Origin: Isurus oxyrinchus
Lineage: Eukaryota
Direction: 5' to 3'
NCBI GenBank assembly: GCA_026770705.1
Contig: JANJGN010000023.1
Span: 8,990,001-9,054,000, forward strand
Length of the DNA stretch: 64,000 nucleotides
Notes under the pieces: generated by a model
Databases searched by the model: none
Seen by the model: only the letters and a program-made list of their open reading frames with translations
What the model was told of the DNA's origin: nothing
Shown: piece after piece, positions 12,765-24,212 of the stretch
Layout of the letters: every line of letters begins with the position of its first letter
How positions within the stretch are numbered: position 1 is the first letter of the stretch
Made by a program: the position numbers and the translations under genes

Positions 12765-12910
12765 TAACATACAAACAAACAAAATAAGAACAGGAGTAGG
12801 CCATTTGGCCCCTCAAGTCTGCTCCACCGTTCAATGAGGTCATGGCTGATCTGTTTGTGTTTCGCGTTCCACATTCAAATCTACCTCTGAAAACCTCTGA
12901 TTCCCTTAAA
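12765..12910 (-). mobile_element. CR1 3' UTR fragment
   Basis: Reverse complement of the CR1 tail (gaacaggagtaggccatttggcccctcaagtctgctcc...catggctgatc). Confidence 0.8.
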
Positions 12911-12919
12911 CATAGTGTG

Positions 12920-13330
12920 AGCATGGCAGCATAGTGGCTATTTTAGTGGACTAACAATACAGAGATCTGGACTAACAATCAGGAGCAGGTTCAAATCCCA
13001 CCACATCTGTTGGGTAATTTCCTTTCAATTAATTGAATAAAATCTGGAACAAAAAACTAGCATCAGTTATGGTGACCATGAAACCAACTGGATTGTGGTT
13101 TAAAAAAAACCCATCTGGTTCCCTAAGGCCCATTAGAGAAGGAAGTTTTCTGTCCTTACCTTGTCTGGTCAAATGTGACTCCACATGTGGTCGACTCTTA
13201 ACTGCTGTCTGAGCCCCCTCAAGACATTCATTTGTATTCAAGAGGTGGCTCTGCATCACAATTTCAAGGACAACTATGGATAGTCAATAAATGTTGGCCT
13301 TACCAGCGACGACTACATACTGTGAATGTA
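12920..13330 (+). mobile_element. tRNA-derived SINE with CR1-group tail (second SINE family)
   Basis: B-box-like ggttcaaatccc, body aaaacccatctggttc...gactcttaactgc, and a tail homologous to the 3' end of the 6118-6795 LINE. Confidence 0.8.
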
Positions 13331-13555
13331 AAGTTAGCAGTTTGATATTACAATCAACGTAAGTTAGAAATGTGAAAAAATATGCAAACCAGGGTTCCAA
13401 TTCCATTTTCATGACCTTTGCCAGATGTATATATTGGGGCACGGAGATCATTCAGGCCACAGCACGTGATGTTCTGTACATTCCAGTAAGCTGCTGATGT
13501 ACTCACTATCTAGACCCACGCACAAAGAATGGTCAATTGGTCAAGCTATTAGAGA

Positions 13556-13796
13556 TAAAACAAAAAAACTGCGGATGCTGGAAATCCAAAACAAAAACAG
13601 AATTAGCTGGAAAAACTCAGCAGGTCTGGCAGCATCGGCGGAGAAGAAAAGAGTTGACGTTTCGAGTCCTCATGACCCTTTGACAGAACTGGACAGTTCT
13701 GTCGAAAGGTCATGAGGACTCGAAACGTCAACTCTTTTCTTCTCCGCCGATGCTGCCAGACCTGCTGAGTTTTTCCAGGTAATTCTGTTTTTGTTT
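13556..13796. mobile_element. Penelope-derived inverted-repeat insertion with 13-bp TSD
   Basis: Arms 13589-13690 and 13695-13796 are reverse complements (3 mismatches in 102 bp, 4-nt spacer GGAC); flanked by AAGCTATTAGAGA at 13543-13555 and 13797-13809. Confidence 0.9.
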
Positions 13797-14364
13797 AAGC
13801 TATTAGAGAGTTGTGTACTGTATCCTAGCATGAATCACTGTCTTCAGGAAATGAGGGATAACATGAGAAAACAGCAGTTACATAGTAAATGAATTTACAT
13901 GATAAAAACTTTCCATGACTCTCCCAATAAGATGTATGTGCATCCATTGATCTGTCCGTGTGTACATATGCTTTGTGTTCACATGTGTGCGGCTACCTCA
14001 ATATGTTAGGTGTTCCCAGTTCTTCACAAACTTGCCATTCATCCAAAACTTAAGCCTCAGGTAATATTTATATACTGTTAGTGCTGGTTTATACAGGTTT
14101 TTGACACAATAATTTTACCTAAAATAAGCAATGTTAGCTTTAAGTCAGAAAGTTAAATGGCCCATCATGTCAGGCAAATCTTTCTTGACTTATCTATGAA
14201 TATCCAAAAATAGAAATGATGTTGAAAACAATGATTACCTAACCAATTTATGTGTGCCACAAATAATCTAGAGACTTTTCTCTTCTCGTTTAAAAAAATG
14301 TTTGTCAAGTACTTTTTCTTTCATTTGATGAACTCAGAGGGATTTTTATATACATATCTCAAGG

Positions 14365-14695
14365 AGCAGAGCTCTCACTTCTGATGTAGTAGTTTGTAAG
14401 TTCAGGTTTCATTACAGAACTTGAGCACACAGCCGGTGATTACCTGCCAGAGTTTCTCCCAATTATCTGGTATAACTTAGGTGGAAGGGGTTGGAAAACT
14501 GCAGGCAAACAATGTTGACACAATTTTTCCAGGGGTTTCCGTTTCAAAGGTTACAGCAAATAATTGGGAGAACCCTCTACAGAAACTCTCCCCACCCCAT
14601 AGTCTAGGTTGACATGTCAATTCAGTAGTGAGGTAGTATTGCATTGCTGGAGGAGCCATTCTTAGGTTGAAGCATTCAACCGTGGCCCTGCTTTA
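14365..14695 (+). mobile_element. Deu-domain SINE 5' half split by an imperfect palindrome
   Basis: SINE head ...gaacttgagcacac at about 14365-14430; the body resumes as atagtctaggttgac...ggtagtattgcattgctggagg at about 14600. Confidence 0.6.
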
Positions 14696-14714
14696 CTGGT
14701 CTAGTAGTTGACGT

Positions 14715-15040
14715 AGGAACATTGCTTAGGAACAGAAGCAGGTCATTCAGCTCCTTAAGATTGTGGCTGATCTGCCTCTCGATTCCATTTTTCCACCTTT
14801 GCTCCATATCCCTTGTTACCCTTAACTAACAAAGAATCTATTGATTTCAGTTTGGCCCTCAGCCTTTTTGGGGAGAGAGTTCCAAATTCCTACTATTCTT
14901 TGTGTGATAAAATGCTCCCTGAATTTGTTTGTGTATTCTTCAGGTCTAAATTTTCGAATGGGCTTCCTGATCTGGGTTCCCCCCACTAGAGCAGACAATT
15001 TATTTGTATTTATCCAAGTTGCTTTAATGTTTTAAACACT
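14715..15040 (-). mobile_element. CR1 3' fragment
   Basis: Reverse CR1 tail (aggaacagaagcaggtcattcagc...gggagagagttccaaattcctactattctttgtgtgataaaatgc). Confidence 0.7.
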
Positions 15041-15464
15041 TCAGTCACCTATACTAAAAGGAATGAGAGGCAACAAGATCCCATGCTATTATTTGAAGAA
15101 GAGCTGGTCATTTTATACTGTACTTTGCATCCATCCTCTTTCATCCAGTATCATTCAATGGAAAGTTATTTCATATTTAAATTCAAAAAAAGTCTACGTG
15201 CTTCTTTGGATTATGGTTCATCACAGGTTGCCTTATATATCACTTGCAGATATGTGCAATGAGTATCTCACACCGGTGTGTTATTGCTGTCAGCTTGCCG
15301 CCATTGATAGTTGCATTTATTTAGTACCTTGTCACTTCATCAAAATGTTTCAAAGTACTTCACACAATGAATTGCTTTTGGAATGTAATTTCTGTCAAAA
15401 CGGTCAGAACCAGAGAACACAGATTTAAGATAATTGGCAAAAACTCCAGGAGGAAGATGCAGAG

Positions 15465-15690
15465 AAATAGTTTTATGCAGTGAGTTGTTATTTTCTGGAG
15501 TGGATTGCTGAAAGAGTGATTGAAGCACATTCGTTAGTAACTTCCAAAAGGGAGTTGGATAGGTAGTTGATATGAAACATTTGTAGTGCTATGGGGAAAT
15601 AGCAGAGGATTGGAAGTACTTGGATAGCTCGTTCATAGAGCCAGTGCAGGCACAATGGACCAAATGACCTCCATTTGGTGATATGTTCTA
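15465..15690 (+). mobile_element. CR1 3' fragment
   Basis: Homologous to 225-450 (ttttatgcagtgagttg...ccaaaagggagttggataggtagttg...gagccagtgcaggcacaatgg). Confidence 0.75.
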
Positions 15691-15997
15691 CAAAACTGTT
15701 TTGCAAAGCATAACATTGAGCTAGGAGGCCTGGGGAAGAGAAAGTCCTGGCAAAACTCTGTCAATGGTCAATCATGTTATGTGTCAAAAAATAATTCCAG
15801 GGTGATATTTATTTACCTTGCTTCTTTGCAAATTACAAAGATCCAAAGGTCTGTTCTTAACTGAAAGCAGTTGACCTTGCCAGGCAGTGCTGACCAGAGT
15901 GAATAAATTTATTGTTCCCAGCTTGTACACAAGTTGACAGACGCACCAGCAGAGTCGCAAGAGTGAGTTAAAAACATGTTCAATGCCAAGCTTTTGC

Positions 15998-16225
15998 TAA
16001 AAACAAAAGCAAAATTTGGAAATCTGAAATAAAAACAGAAAATGTTGAAAGAAAACTCAGCAGATCAGGCAGCATTGAGTTAACCTTTCAAATTGATGGC
16101 CTTACAACCAGGAGTAGACATTAAAAAATGTAAGTGTCTAATCAAGTATAGAGGCAGTGAAAGGAAGGAGATGAAAGAACTAAAGGGAAGGCCTGTGATA
16201 AGGTGAAAGCCAGGAGTGATTTTGT
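15998..16225 (-). mobile_element. Penelope-like pseudo-LTR fragment
   Basis: ggaaatctgaaataaaaacagaaaatgttgaaagaaaactcagcagatcaggcagcatt, same family as the 13556 and 38034 copies. Confidence 0.65.
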
Positions 16226-18882
16226 TTTCTGCTCATTAATTATTAAAAATTATATTGGGCAACTGGCCATAAAAGCTGCTCTTTTTGATTCATCCTAAGA
16301 ACTGGGCCAATAGAAATACCCATTGGGGCCGCCATTATCAAATGTATTCCTTGGCAATGGATCAAACACATAGGACCAAGGCCTCATTACGCATTTTCTT
16401 TTATGAAGCAGTTCCCCATTCAAAGACTATGAGGAACTGTGTTACCATCTACCTGTTCTCCATAGATATGGATTCACCTGCTAGTGTATCTCCAGCATTT
16501 TCTAGATTTATTTCATATTGTCAAGATTATGTTGTTACCATTTAAAATGTAATGCCACTTGGAAAGGTGGTGGAAGCTGAACCCATTAATAACTGTAAAA
16601 GGGAGTTGAGCAGGTACTCGAGGATCAGGGATTTAGAGGGTTAAAGACCAAAGGCAAGGATGTGGGACTAAGCTAGAATGCTCTTTCAAATAGTTCTGTG
16701 AGTTTCTGTGATTCTAGTAAGTTTACTTGAGCTGCTGTGATAGGCATAAACATTTGGACACGTACCCTGACATGATTCGCTGTATCCACAGTGACAATTT
16801 CTGGCTATTGATGAGATACAAATGCAATACCCATACGTCTCAATGATCTCTTCGCACAGCCGATTTAACCTGCCGCCCATTGGGAAATAGTTCCAACCGA
16901 CCAGCTCGTCCTCCGGGTACTGCTGCTAAACATCCGCCAGGCTCCAGTCACACCCCTTCATCCTATGACGCTTTCTTGGCCGAGTAATTATTTACCAGAA
17001 GTATTTGTAAATAATTTTTAAAAAACTCTTTACAATTTGTTTTGAGAGAATAATGGAAATCTGTAACGGCGGGTGATACTAATGAAAAGCTCAGCTCTAA
17101 AATATGAACTTTTCTAACTTGGGCTAATGTCCGAAAAGTTGTGTGTCAGTCCAAGGTCACTTGAAGTGTAATAAGTTTACTTGATTACAGTTGTGTTTAC
17201 ATGCCAGTCAGAATTAAACTGAGAAACTGCTTCCCATTCGTTTGGTGAAAGATTTTTTTTCTCAGTGTGGAAGAGGCATTTCTTCCCTATCCTGTGAACG
17301 GACTGATTGTTGATCACCCCGGAAAAAAGATGCATTGAATAAAATAATGCATTTGGGGAAATAACCTGTGTATATGTTCAAAAGATTAGCTATGTGCTTT
17401 GGTCTATACAACGGGCTCTAAAACAATCTGCGGAACGTTTGAACGATTGCGTGAACAAAACCGGCCTCTTCTCGTTCAATTGGCCAAAAAAGTAATGCAA
17501 CATCTGTCCAAAGGCGGAGAAAAAAAACGTTTGCCATCAAATTAAACTCCTGCAAAACTAGACTTGCCCAGCCTTGCTTGGATTGAAACTCGCTCATATT
17601 GATTTAATATTTTTGAGATATATCACACTGGAAAAATTAACACAACTCTATAAATTTCAATGGGTTTGCAATGTCCCTCTGCCCTTTTTAACCACTGATT
17701 TCTAACCTTTCCCCTTTGTTGACACATCTGCCCAGAAACGTTCTTTAAAAACTTGGATTGGTGAAGGCTTTGGCGTTTTCAATCTTCCAGAAAACTAAAA
17801 AGTAATTAGTTAGAACTACGTGTATTAAGGTTGTAATTGGCATAAGCATTTTGTGTTTCATTTAATTCCACAATCCCTACCCAGACCTAACAGAATTACC
17901 AAGTCTCACTCGTTATAAACGACAACCTCTCGGTTTGTTCTCGAGAAGTAACCAATTTTAATTGACACTCTGCTAACACAGAATTTAATATCCTTTAGAA
18001 GAAAGAATGGCTTGTAATCTGTTGCAGTTATCGTGGTCAGAAATCCCGCCCTTAACAATTGATGCTCGATTATATATACTTTGACTAAGAATGTAATAGG
18101 CTAAATCGAAGGCTCTAATTGAGATCCAGCGGCAGAAAACCCAATAAAAATCCGGTTCAGGGCAACTGTCTGACAGGCGTGAAGGAGATTGACGGGGGTA
18201 GGTCATTATTCCTGCCTCTTCCAAGACTAATCATCCTGAAGTTTGCTGTCTCTTCGCCACTGGTAATGTAAAAGGACGCGTTGAAATCATCCTGCAGGAT
18301 TTCCCCTTCCCTTCACCTACATACTTGCAGTTACCTTTGAGGGCTTGAGGGTGTTGAAATATTTTCCTGTGCTTTGGGAGACTGGCCTATCGTTGGATCC
18401 CCAACCATATCTGTGGCCTGCATGAATCAAATGTTGGCGATTTACATTAGATAATGTCAATCCAATGCATTTGTTCAAATCCTAATATGCTCAGTTAAAC
18501 TTCCCAGCTTCCAATATTAGCTGTTGTATATACGATTGATACATCTCCACAGCACCTAGCCGGCCGCTATTCGTGAAAAACACCAATTCTTGCGGTTTCT
18601 TGCGGAAAAATGTTTGGAATGCCTGCGGCAACTTTTGATGAAAAAACCTGGAATATTCTGTTCTCAGCAGATTCAGAAACTATTAAGAATAACAAAACCA
18701 GTTGGAATATTGAAGCCGTGCATGATCCCAACAGCCCTGCCTCTTTAATTTGTGCGTTCAGGAGAAAAAATATTAAAGATTAGCCGGCGTGTGCAGATTT
18801 GAATTTCGAAGATATTTTGCAGTGTGACTGTTTTATTTTGAATTTAGAATAAAAACCCTGGGGATATTAGCCAGCATCGATG

Positions 18883-18896
18883 GTAACCATAGCGAC
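18883..18896. promoter_or_regulatory. RFX X-box-like motif in CpG-rich sequence
   Basis: GTAACCATAGCGAC is an imperfect palindrome close to the X-box consensus GTHNYYATRRNAAC; motif match only. Confidence 0.4.
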
Positions 18897-19911
18897 CCTT
18901 CTGAAAGGTGTATTTTATGCGCAGAGCTTGACGGGTAGCCCGTCGGCTGCTCCTTCCCATGGATTTTGGGGGCATTTTCATCCAAGGATGTTTAAAGTTT
19001 CATCTCCTTCTTACCCCCCACCTCCACCCCGCTTCCCTTCGCCATATTCTGGCCATGAACAGAACACCGGTCCCGGCAGCTTTTACTCCAACGTAAAGCC
19101 CTGAACAACGTCTTCATCCCGAGAGAGGCGGTGGTTCGAACGCAACCCCATTCAGTGCTCACTAGACCATTAAAGTTTCACTATTATTTTTCCCGAAACA
19201 TTAAAAAAAAAGCAGTGTTCAGAATCGGAACTCTATTGACTTGTGTAGGGACTGTGTCCTGGGTTTGGTGGCATTGCCGAAAATGGCCGTATGGATTTCA
19301 GCAGCAGAGTTCAGTAAGTGACGATTATCCCTGTTTTAAAATATAAACAACAAATTATTGGAACGAGGCAGACAGATCCCATTAGAAACACGTTGATCTT
19401 GTACAAAGAAGGTTAGTAGATCTAATACAGATGGATTTGGGGGTTTCCCCTTCGTACAAGGGTCTGGCTTCATCAATACCACTTCACTCTCTTTATCTCT
19501 CTCACTCACTCTGCCTTTGCAGGCAGAGTCCCCGCCCAGGACTCTCTTCTGTACGCTCTCCCCTTGTAACTGCTCCCGAGGCCACCCCACACAGACGGAC
19601 TGCCCTTGCCCCTTCGAAATAAAACTGGTCCCGTCACCATGCCATTAACGGCCCAGTGTTCAGAATCGGATTTCTATAGAGTACGAGAGCGACTCAGAGT
19701 TCTCTGGATTTTGTGAGACTACCGAAAATGGCTGTGCAGATTTCAGCAGCACTGGATTCATTTAACTTTCTCTCTCTCTCTCTCTCTCTCCAAAAATATA
19801 TATGAAAAGACCGGGGAGCTGTTGAGTTGGGATTAGACAGGGAGATATTCATCATATGTATTTCATGAGAAACATGTTGACCATATACATTGGACAAGTT
19901 TTGATTCTAAT

Positions 19912-20030
19912 AGAAAGAAATTCAAGAATTTGCATTTCTATAGCGCCTTCACTACCTCGGATTCTCCCAAAGCGCTTTACAGTCAACAAAGTACATTTTT
20001 TTTAAAAAAAGTAGTCGCTATATAAATGCA
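19912..20030 (-). mobile_element. Deu-domain SINE 3' tail
   Basis: ttgcatttctatagcgccttc...cccaaagcgctttacagtcaac...gtagtcgct is the reverse SINE tail. Confidence 0.75.
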
Positions 20031-20318
20031 GCAACTGATGCACCGACTGATGTTCACCTGGAAACGCAGAACAAGAAAAGCCTGTGATCTGAAAATGTGA
20101 GAAAGTCGGGAAAATACAGTTGAGAGCGCAATCCTGCTCCAGTGAAGCTGGACGCTTATTTCAGCCGCTGACTGGCCTGCTGGTCATTTTCAACATCTTT
20201 TAAAAAATATATATATATTCCCTAGAAAACTTCAGGGCCAAACGGCGTACAACTTGCAAGCATTTATAATCACCAAATGAGGCAATATCATGTTACCAGT
20301 GTCCATTCCTTTCAAAAC

Positions 20319-20324
20319 TTTATT
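20319..20324 (-). terminator. Candidate polyadenylation signal (AATAAA) of pcgf2
   Basis: tttatt on the plus strand about 1.5 kb past the stop codon, in AT-rich UTR-like sequence; a second AATAAA lies at 20618-20623. Confidence 0.45.
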
Positions 20325-21815
20325 CAATATGTTTTTTTTTGCTTTAGAAAATAAATGGATATTGTCATTATTTTAACCGAATAGCTGTCATACCGTTCTA
20401 CAATCGAAAGGTTATTTTTAAACATGGGAAGGTGTTTATAATTAAAGTAAATAGGCTTCTAGAGTGATTTAATAGGTTTATCAAAACATAAAATAAAATT
20501 TATGAAACAATGTTCATTCTGAACTCATTTCCTTTGTGCTGTTTCGTCGTAGCAAATCGTTAGCAGGACAGACTTAGCATTTCATTTCAGGCGTTTCGCT
20601 GACTCTCACACTTGTGTTTTATTTCTCTCTCTCTCAATAACACACACACACACACACCCACCCCAGACTAAAAAAATGTAAGCATTGAAATGCTAGATTG
20701 TACAGTCGACTTCAATTAATTGAGTAAATGAAGAAAAAAACATCACAATTTGTATTAAGCAACCAAAACCAGTTTTTTGGAATTGTCTTACATTTTTGCA
20801 TTGAATATTTGAACTGTTGGAGAAGGATGGAGGTGACCAGTGAACGCGTTCTGGAAGAATTTCTTTCAGGGCTGAAGGTGAGTTGTTGAGAGATCCGGCT
20901 ATATTTCTGTTAATTGAGATCAGAAATTTGTGGCTTCGCAACCATTGGTCAGCAAACGTTTTTCTCCCCCCACAACTATCGTTAAAACCAAAAATTGGTG
21001 AAATAAAACGGCATAGTCTACTAGTTTAAAGTATGTACTGAATATGTTACCACAGACCCCAAAGCTGGAGTTAGAATATAAACTAGTCTCTAGACCACTC
21101 TAAGTCCCATAAAGGTTTTAAAATGGGGTTCTCTACATAATGGTTTACATGTACACATGTCTCAGGTTTTTTGACTGTTTTATCGGACTAATACACACTG
21201 TCACATGTGAGAGAGAGAAAAAATATCTTCCTCATACCAGGCAGAGGAAAGTTGTTTGCTTTGCATCTTCCAACACGTGACTCCTGGATCTGGTCAACTT
21301 TAATTGGCTACAACACCATCCATCTGAATGAGATTGAAAGTTAATCGCGATCACTTTGTCACAATACCAGTTTGAATACAATGTTCCCCTTTTAACAATT
21401 GTGACTCATGAGACTGGCTTTAAGGCAAAGTTTTAAATATACAGGGTTTAGAGAAAAAACACATCTACGCCTGATCTCTCAGTAAACACACGTGGCGACC
21501 AAATTGTATCCTGCGGTCCAATGCTCCTTCATTTAAGAGGAATCGACTGTACTCGACATCTGCAGTTAGAGGAAATGAACGGTGACACCCCAAAGTGGTT
21601 TGGGAGCCCATCGTGGAGATGTGTTCTGTCCGTTTACATTTACAAACCTGTGCAGGGAATACAAATGTTTCTGACAATACCCATATTGCTAAACAGAATA
21701 TATATATTACATTTAATAAACGGCACAGGAGCCAGTTTGCGATGTTGGCCGCGCCGCGTTCAATATACAGGCGAGTCCCTTTCGTTTGTTGGTTGACATT
21801 CACTTGGTCCAGCTT

Positions 21816-22136
21816 TCAGCAGGAAGCAGGGGCTGCCGAGCCGTTAACAGTCACTTTGCGGCCTCTGCCGACAGATGGAGGCATCTGGTGACAGTTTGTG
21901 TTGCCGTTCACGATAGAGGCAGCTGCAACTGGATACTGCGGATTGGGAGACAGGGCCGGCGTGCCTGGGCTTGGCAGCGAAGAAGACGTGGAAGGGACCG
22001 CGGCTGGGCTGCCCTTGTCGCTCACTGAGTCACTCTCCGAGTTTATGCTGGTGTTAGCGAAGTCCTCGCTCGGGTGACTGAGTTTTAACCGTTTGCAGGC
22101 AGGCTGAACCTTGTATTTCAGAGGCAAAGGGCCATT
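21816..22136 (-). CDS. pcgf2: PCGF2/Mel-18 coding exon 9 (last; Pro/Ser-rich tail)
   Basis: ttgtag|[60 protein letters not shown]...[17 protein letters not shown]; [20 protein letters not shown] and RGRKxTVNG are Mel-18-type; 321 nt. Confidence 0.93.
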   Translation of the reverse strand, partial: NGPLPLKYKVQPACKRLKLSHPSEDFANTSINSESDSVSDKGSPAAVPSTSSSLPSPGTPALSPNPQYPVAAASIVNGNTNCHQMPPSVGRGRKVTVNGSAAPASC

Positions 22137-23940
22137 CTACAAAGGAGTCACAACACAGAAACATTAAAGTGCATGCGGTTCGTAGTCAATCAAACGTTTG
22201 GAAATAATGTGCAGCACAATATAGACATTTGAATGTCGTCCTCTGAACTAGTCTTTCCCGAGAGGTCAAAACTTCAGAAGTCTACCTCTCAATCCGCCCC
22301 CACCACTCCTCCCCGTAAATAAAAGGCAAGATTTTTAAACCAGAGACCGCCACTACTTCCACCTATCTCACCTTGTCTCCTATTTTCTTTTCAGTTCGGT
22401 TGAGTCCTTCACTCTGGGCCTTGGCCTTTCACACAGGATTATCACAAAACCAGTGTTACTGTCCCGTTGAAAAGGCCAACTCTCACACCCGGTCCCTCAT
22501 TACTCCCGAATCTCACAGCATTCTGTGCCCAAACAGCAAAAGATTTCCCAAAGCACCGTCAATAATTATAATATGCCCGAATTTTCACTTACTCCTAAGT
22601 TAGCCTGTGCTCTTTGAACGGACGGGGCAAGCTTTTTGAGAAATCTCAGACAAGGGAGTGCAAAGGATCGCCTTATTTATACAGGTTTTATCCATACGCA
22701 AATATACACAATCCTGTGTGTTTGGCTTTCAATTATTGGGGGTGGAGGGGGGTGCGGGGTGGGGGGGGGGGGGGGGGTAGTAGTTACAATTGCCTGGGTA
22801 CCTTCTACATGTGGTGAAACCCGGTAATTAATCAGATTTGGGGCTTGAAGCTGACTGATCACAGCAAACAGGGTAGAAAAATATGTTTTTATTTATTTCA
22901 GCGATCAATGTTGTAGGCATTGGGAAAATATACCCTTATTGTACTGCACTCATGTTGCTAATTAAATTACAAGCTGGGTTAGTATAATTTTAAACATTTG
23001 CATTGACAGTCAGAACAGCTGGCCAGGGTACGTAACAAGGTTAGCAACCAAACTAAACCCATGAGTCTTACTTATTTTTCCAAAATATGCAAGTTTAGAA
23101 TTTAACATCTGCAAAAGATTTGTATGTTCTCTGAATTTAACATAGTTTGGTTGGGACAGAATCTGGAAAATATGAGAGCGTCTGTTTGGCATTTGGAAAG
23201 TGTTTTTAAAAAGTGCAAAGGATAAGTTCAGGTAACATATGCACCTGCACCTCTTGTATTGGCTCCACACCAGACATCTGGCCCCATAAAGTTCGGCAAA
23301 TGAAATGAATAGATATTCGCGGATTAGCACAGTACTCACTATGTAGGTAGCCCGTTTATACAGTAAACAAATGAAAGCAAAATACATGATGGAGATAGCT
23401 ATTGGCACCCAGGTATAATCGTGCGGGTTAGAATGTTCCTATACCTGGATTCTCAACCTGGCTACGGGCCCAGGCCTACTGTTCACAAAAACAACTCCTT
23501 TCCTATCAATAGGGACTATACTCCAAGGACTGCAATATCCTCTTGTTCACGCCTGGGTGAACAGCTGAAACCTGGTTGGCTGTTTTTCTGTCTCAGATCA
23601 CCCGAGGATTACCTGGAACAGGCACCGCTGGGAATGCACAGAATTCATTACAAACAACTAAAACGGATTTATATGTTTGAGGAGCGTATGGTCACATCCG
23701 AGTTTTGCCAACGCATGAAATCGCAACCAATGCTCTTTTGGCAAATACACGAATTAAACCCCATCCACCCGTTCTCCTAATTGCCTATACTCAGCACACT
23801 TACACACACACACACACACGTACATATACACATGCATACACACACAAACATGAGCTAGCATGTAGACGCGTACATACACGAGTGAGTTTCCTGGTACAAT
23901 TTCACTGATTGCATATACCCATAACAAAATGCTTAATTAC

Positions 23941-24021
23941 CCGTCTCCACGTATAGATGTATGCTATATCCATAAGTGTGTAGTAATCTTTGAGGGGTTC
24001 GTCTTCATACATAACGTCAAT
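23941..24021 (-). CDS. pcgf2: PCGF2 coding exon 8 (RAWUL domain)
   Basis: tttctag|[27 protein letters not shown]|gtaatt; 81 nt. Confidence 0.96.
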
Positions 24022-24113
24022 CTAGAAATAAAATAGACAGATTTCAGCAAAGGTGAGAAACGGAAAGTAGATTTCAATGTTATTTGGGTTTTTTTTAAAA
24101 GCTACAAACTTAC

Positions 24114-24212
24114 TCGAAAATTGCTGGGAATATCCATTTTATTCCGTAGAAATTTTCCCAAATGCATCACCGTCATTGCAGCAGGACATCGCAGGTACCG
24201 TACACTGTTAGC
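24114..24212 (-). CDS. pcgf2: PCGF2 coding exon 7 (RAWUL domain)
   Basis: ctccctag|[33 protein letters not shown]|gtaagt; 99 nt. Confidence 0.96.

Noticed and set aside
16766-16935. SPAG6 pseudogene (V*QQYPE...EIIET vaguely like VFEQYQK...NIET)
   Set aside because: Similarity is too short, spacing differs by several residues and it is not distinguishable from chance by eye; kept only as a testable hypothesis.
19448-19462. Exact 15-mer CCCTTCGTACAAGGG also present at 56474-56488
   Set aside because: A few exact 15-mer matches are expected by chance in 64 kb, and the flanks are unrelated.
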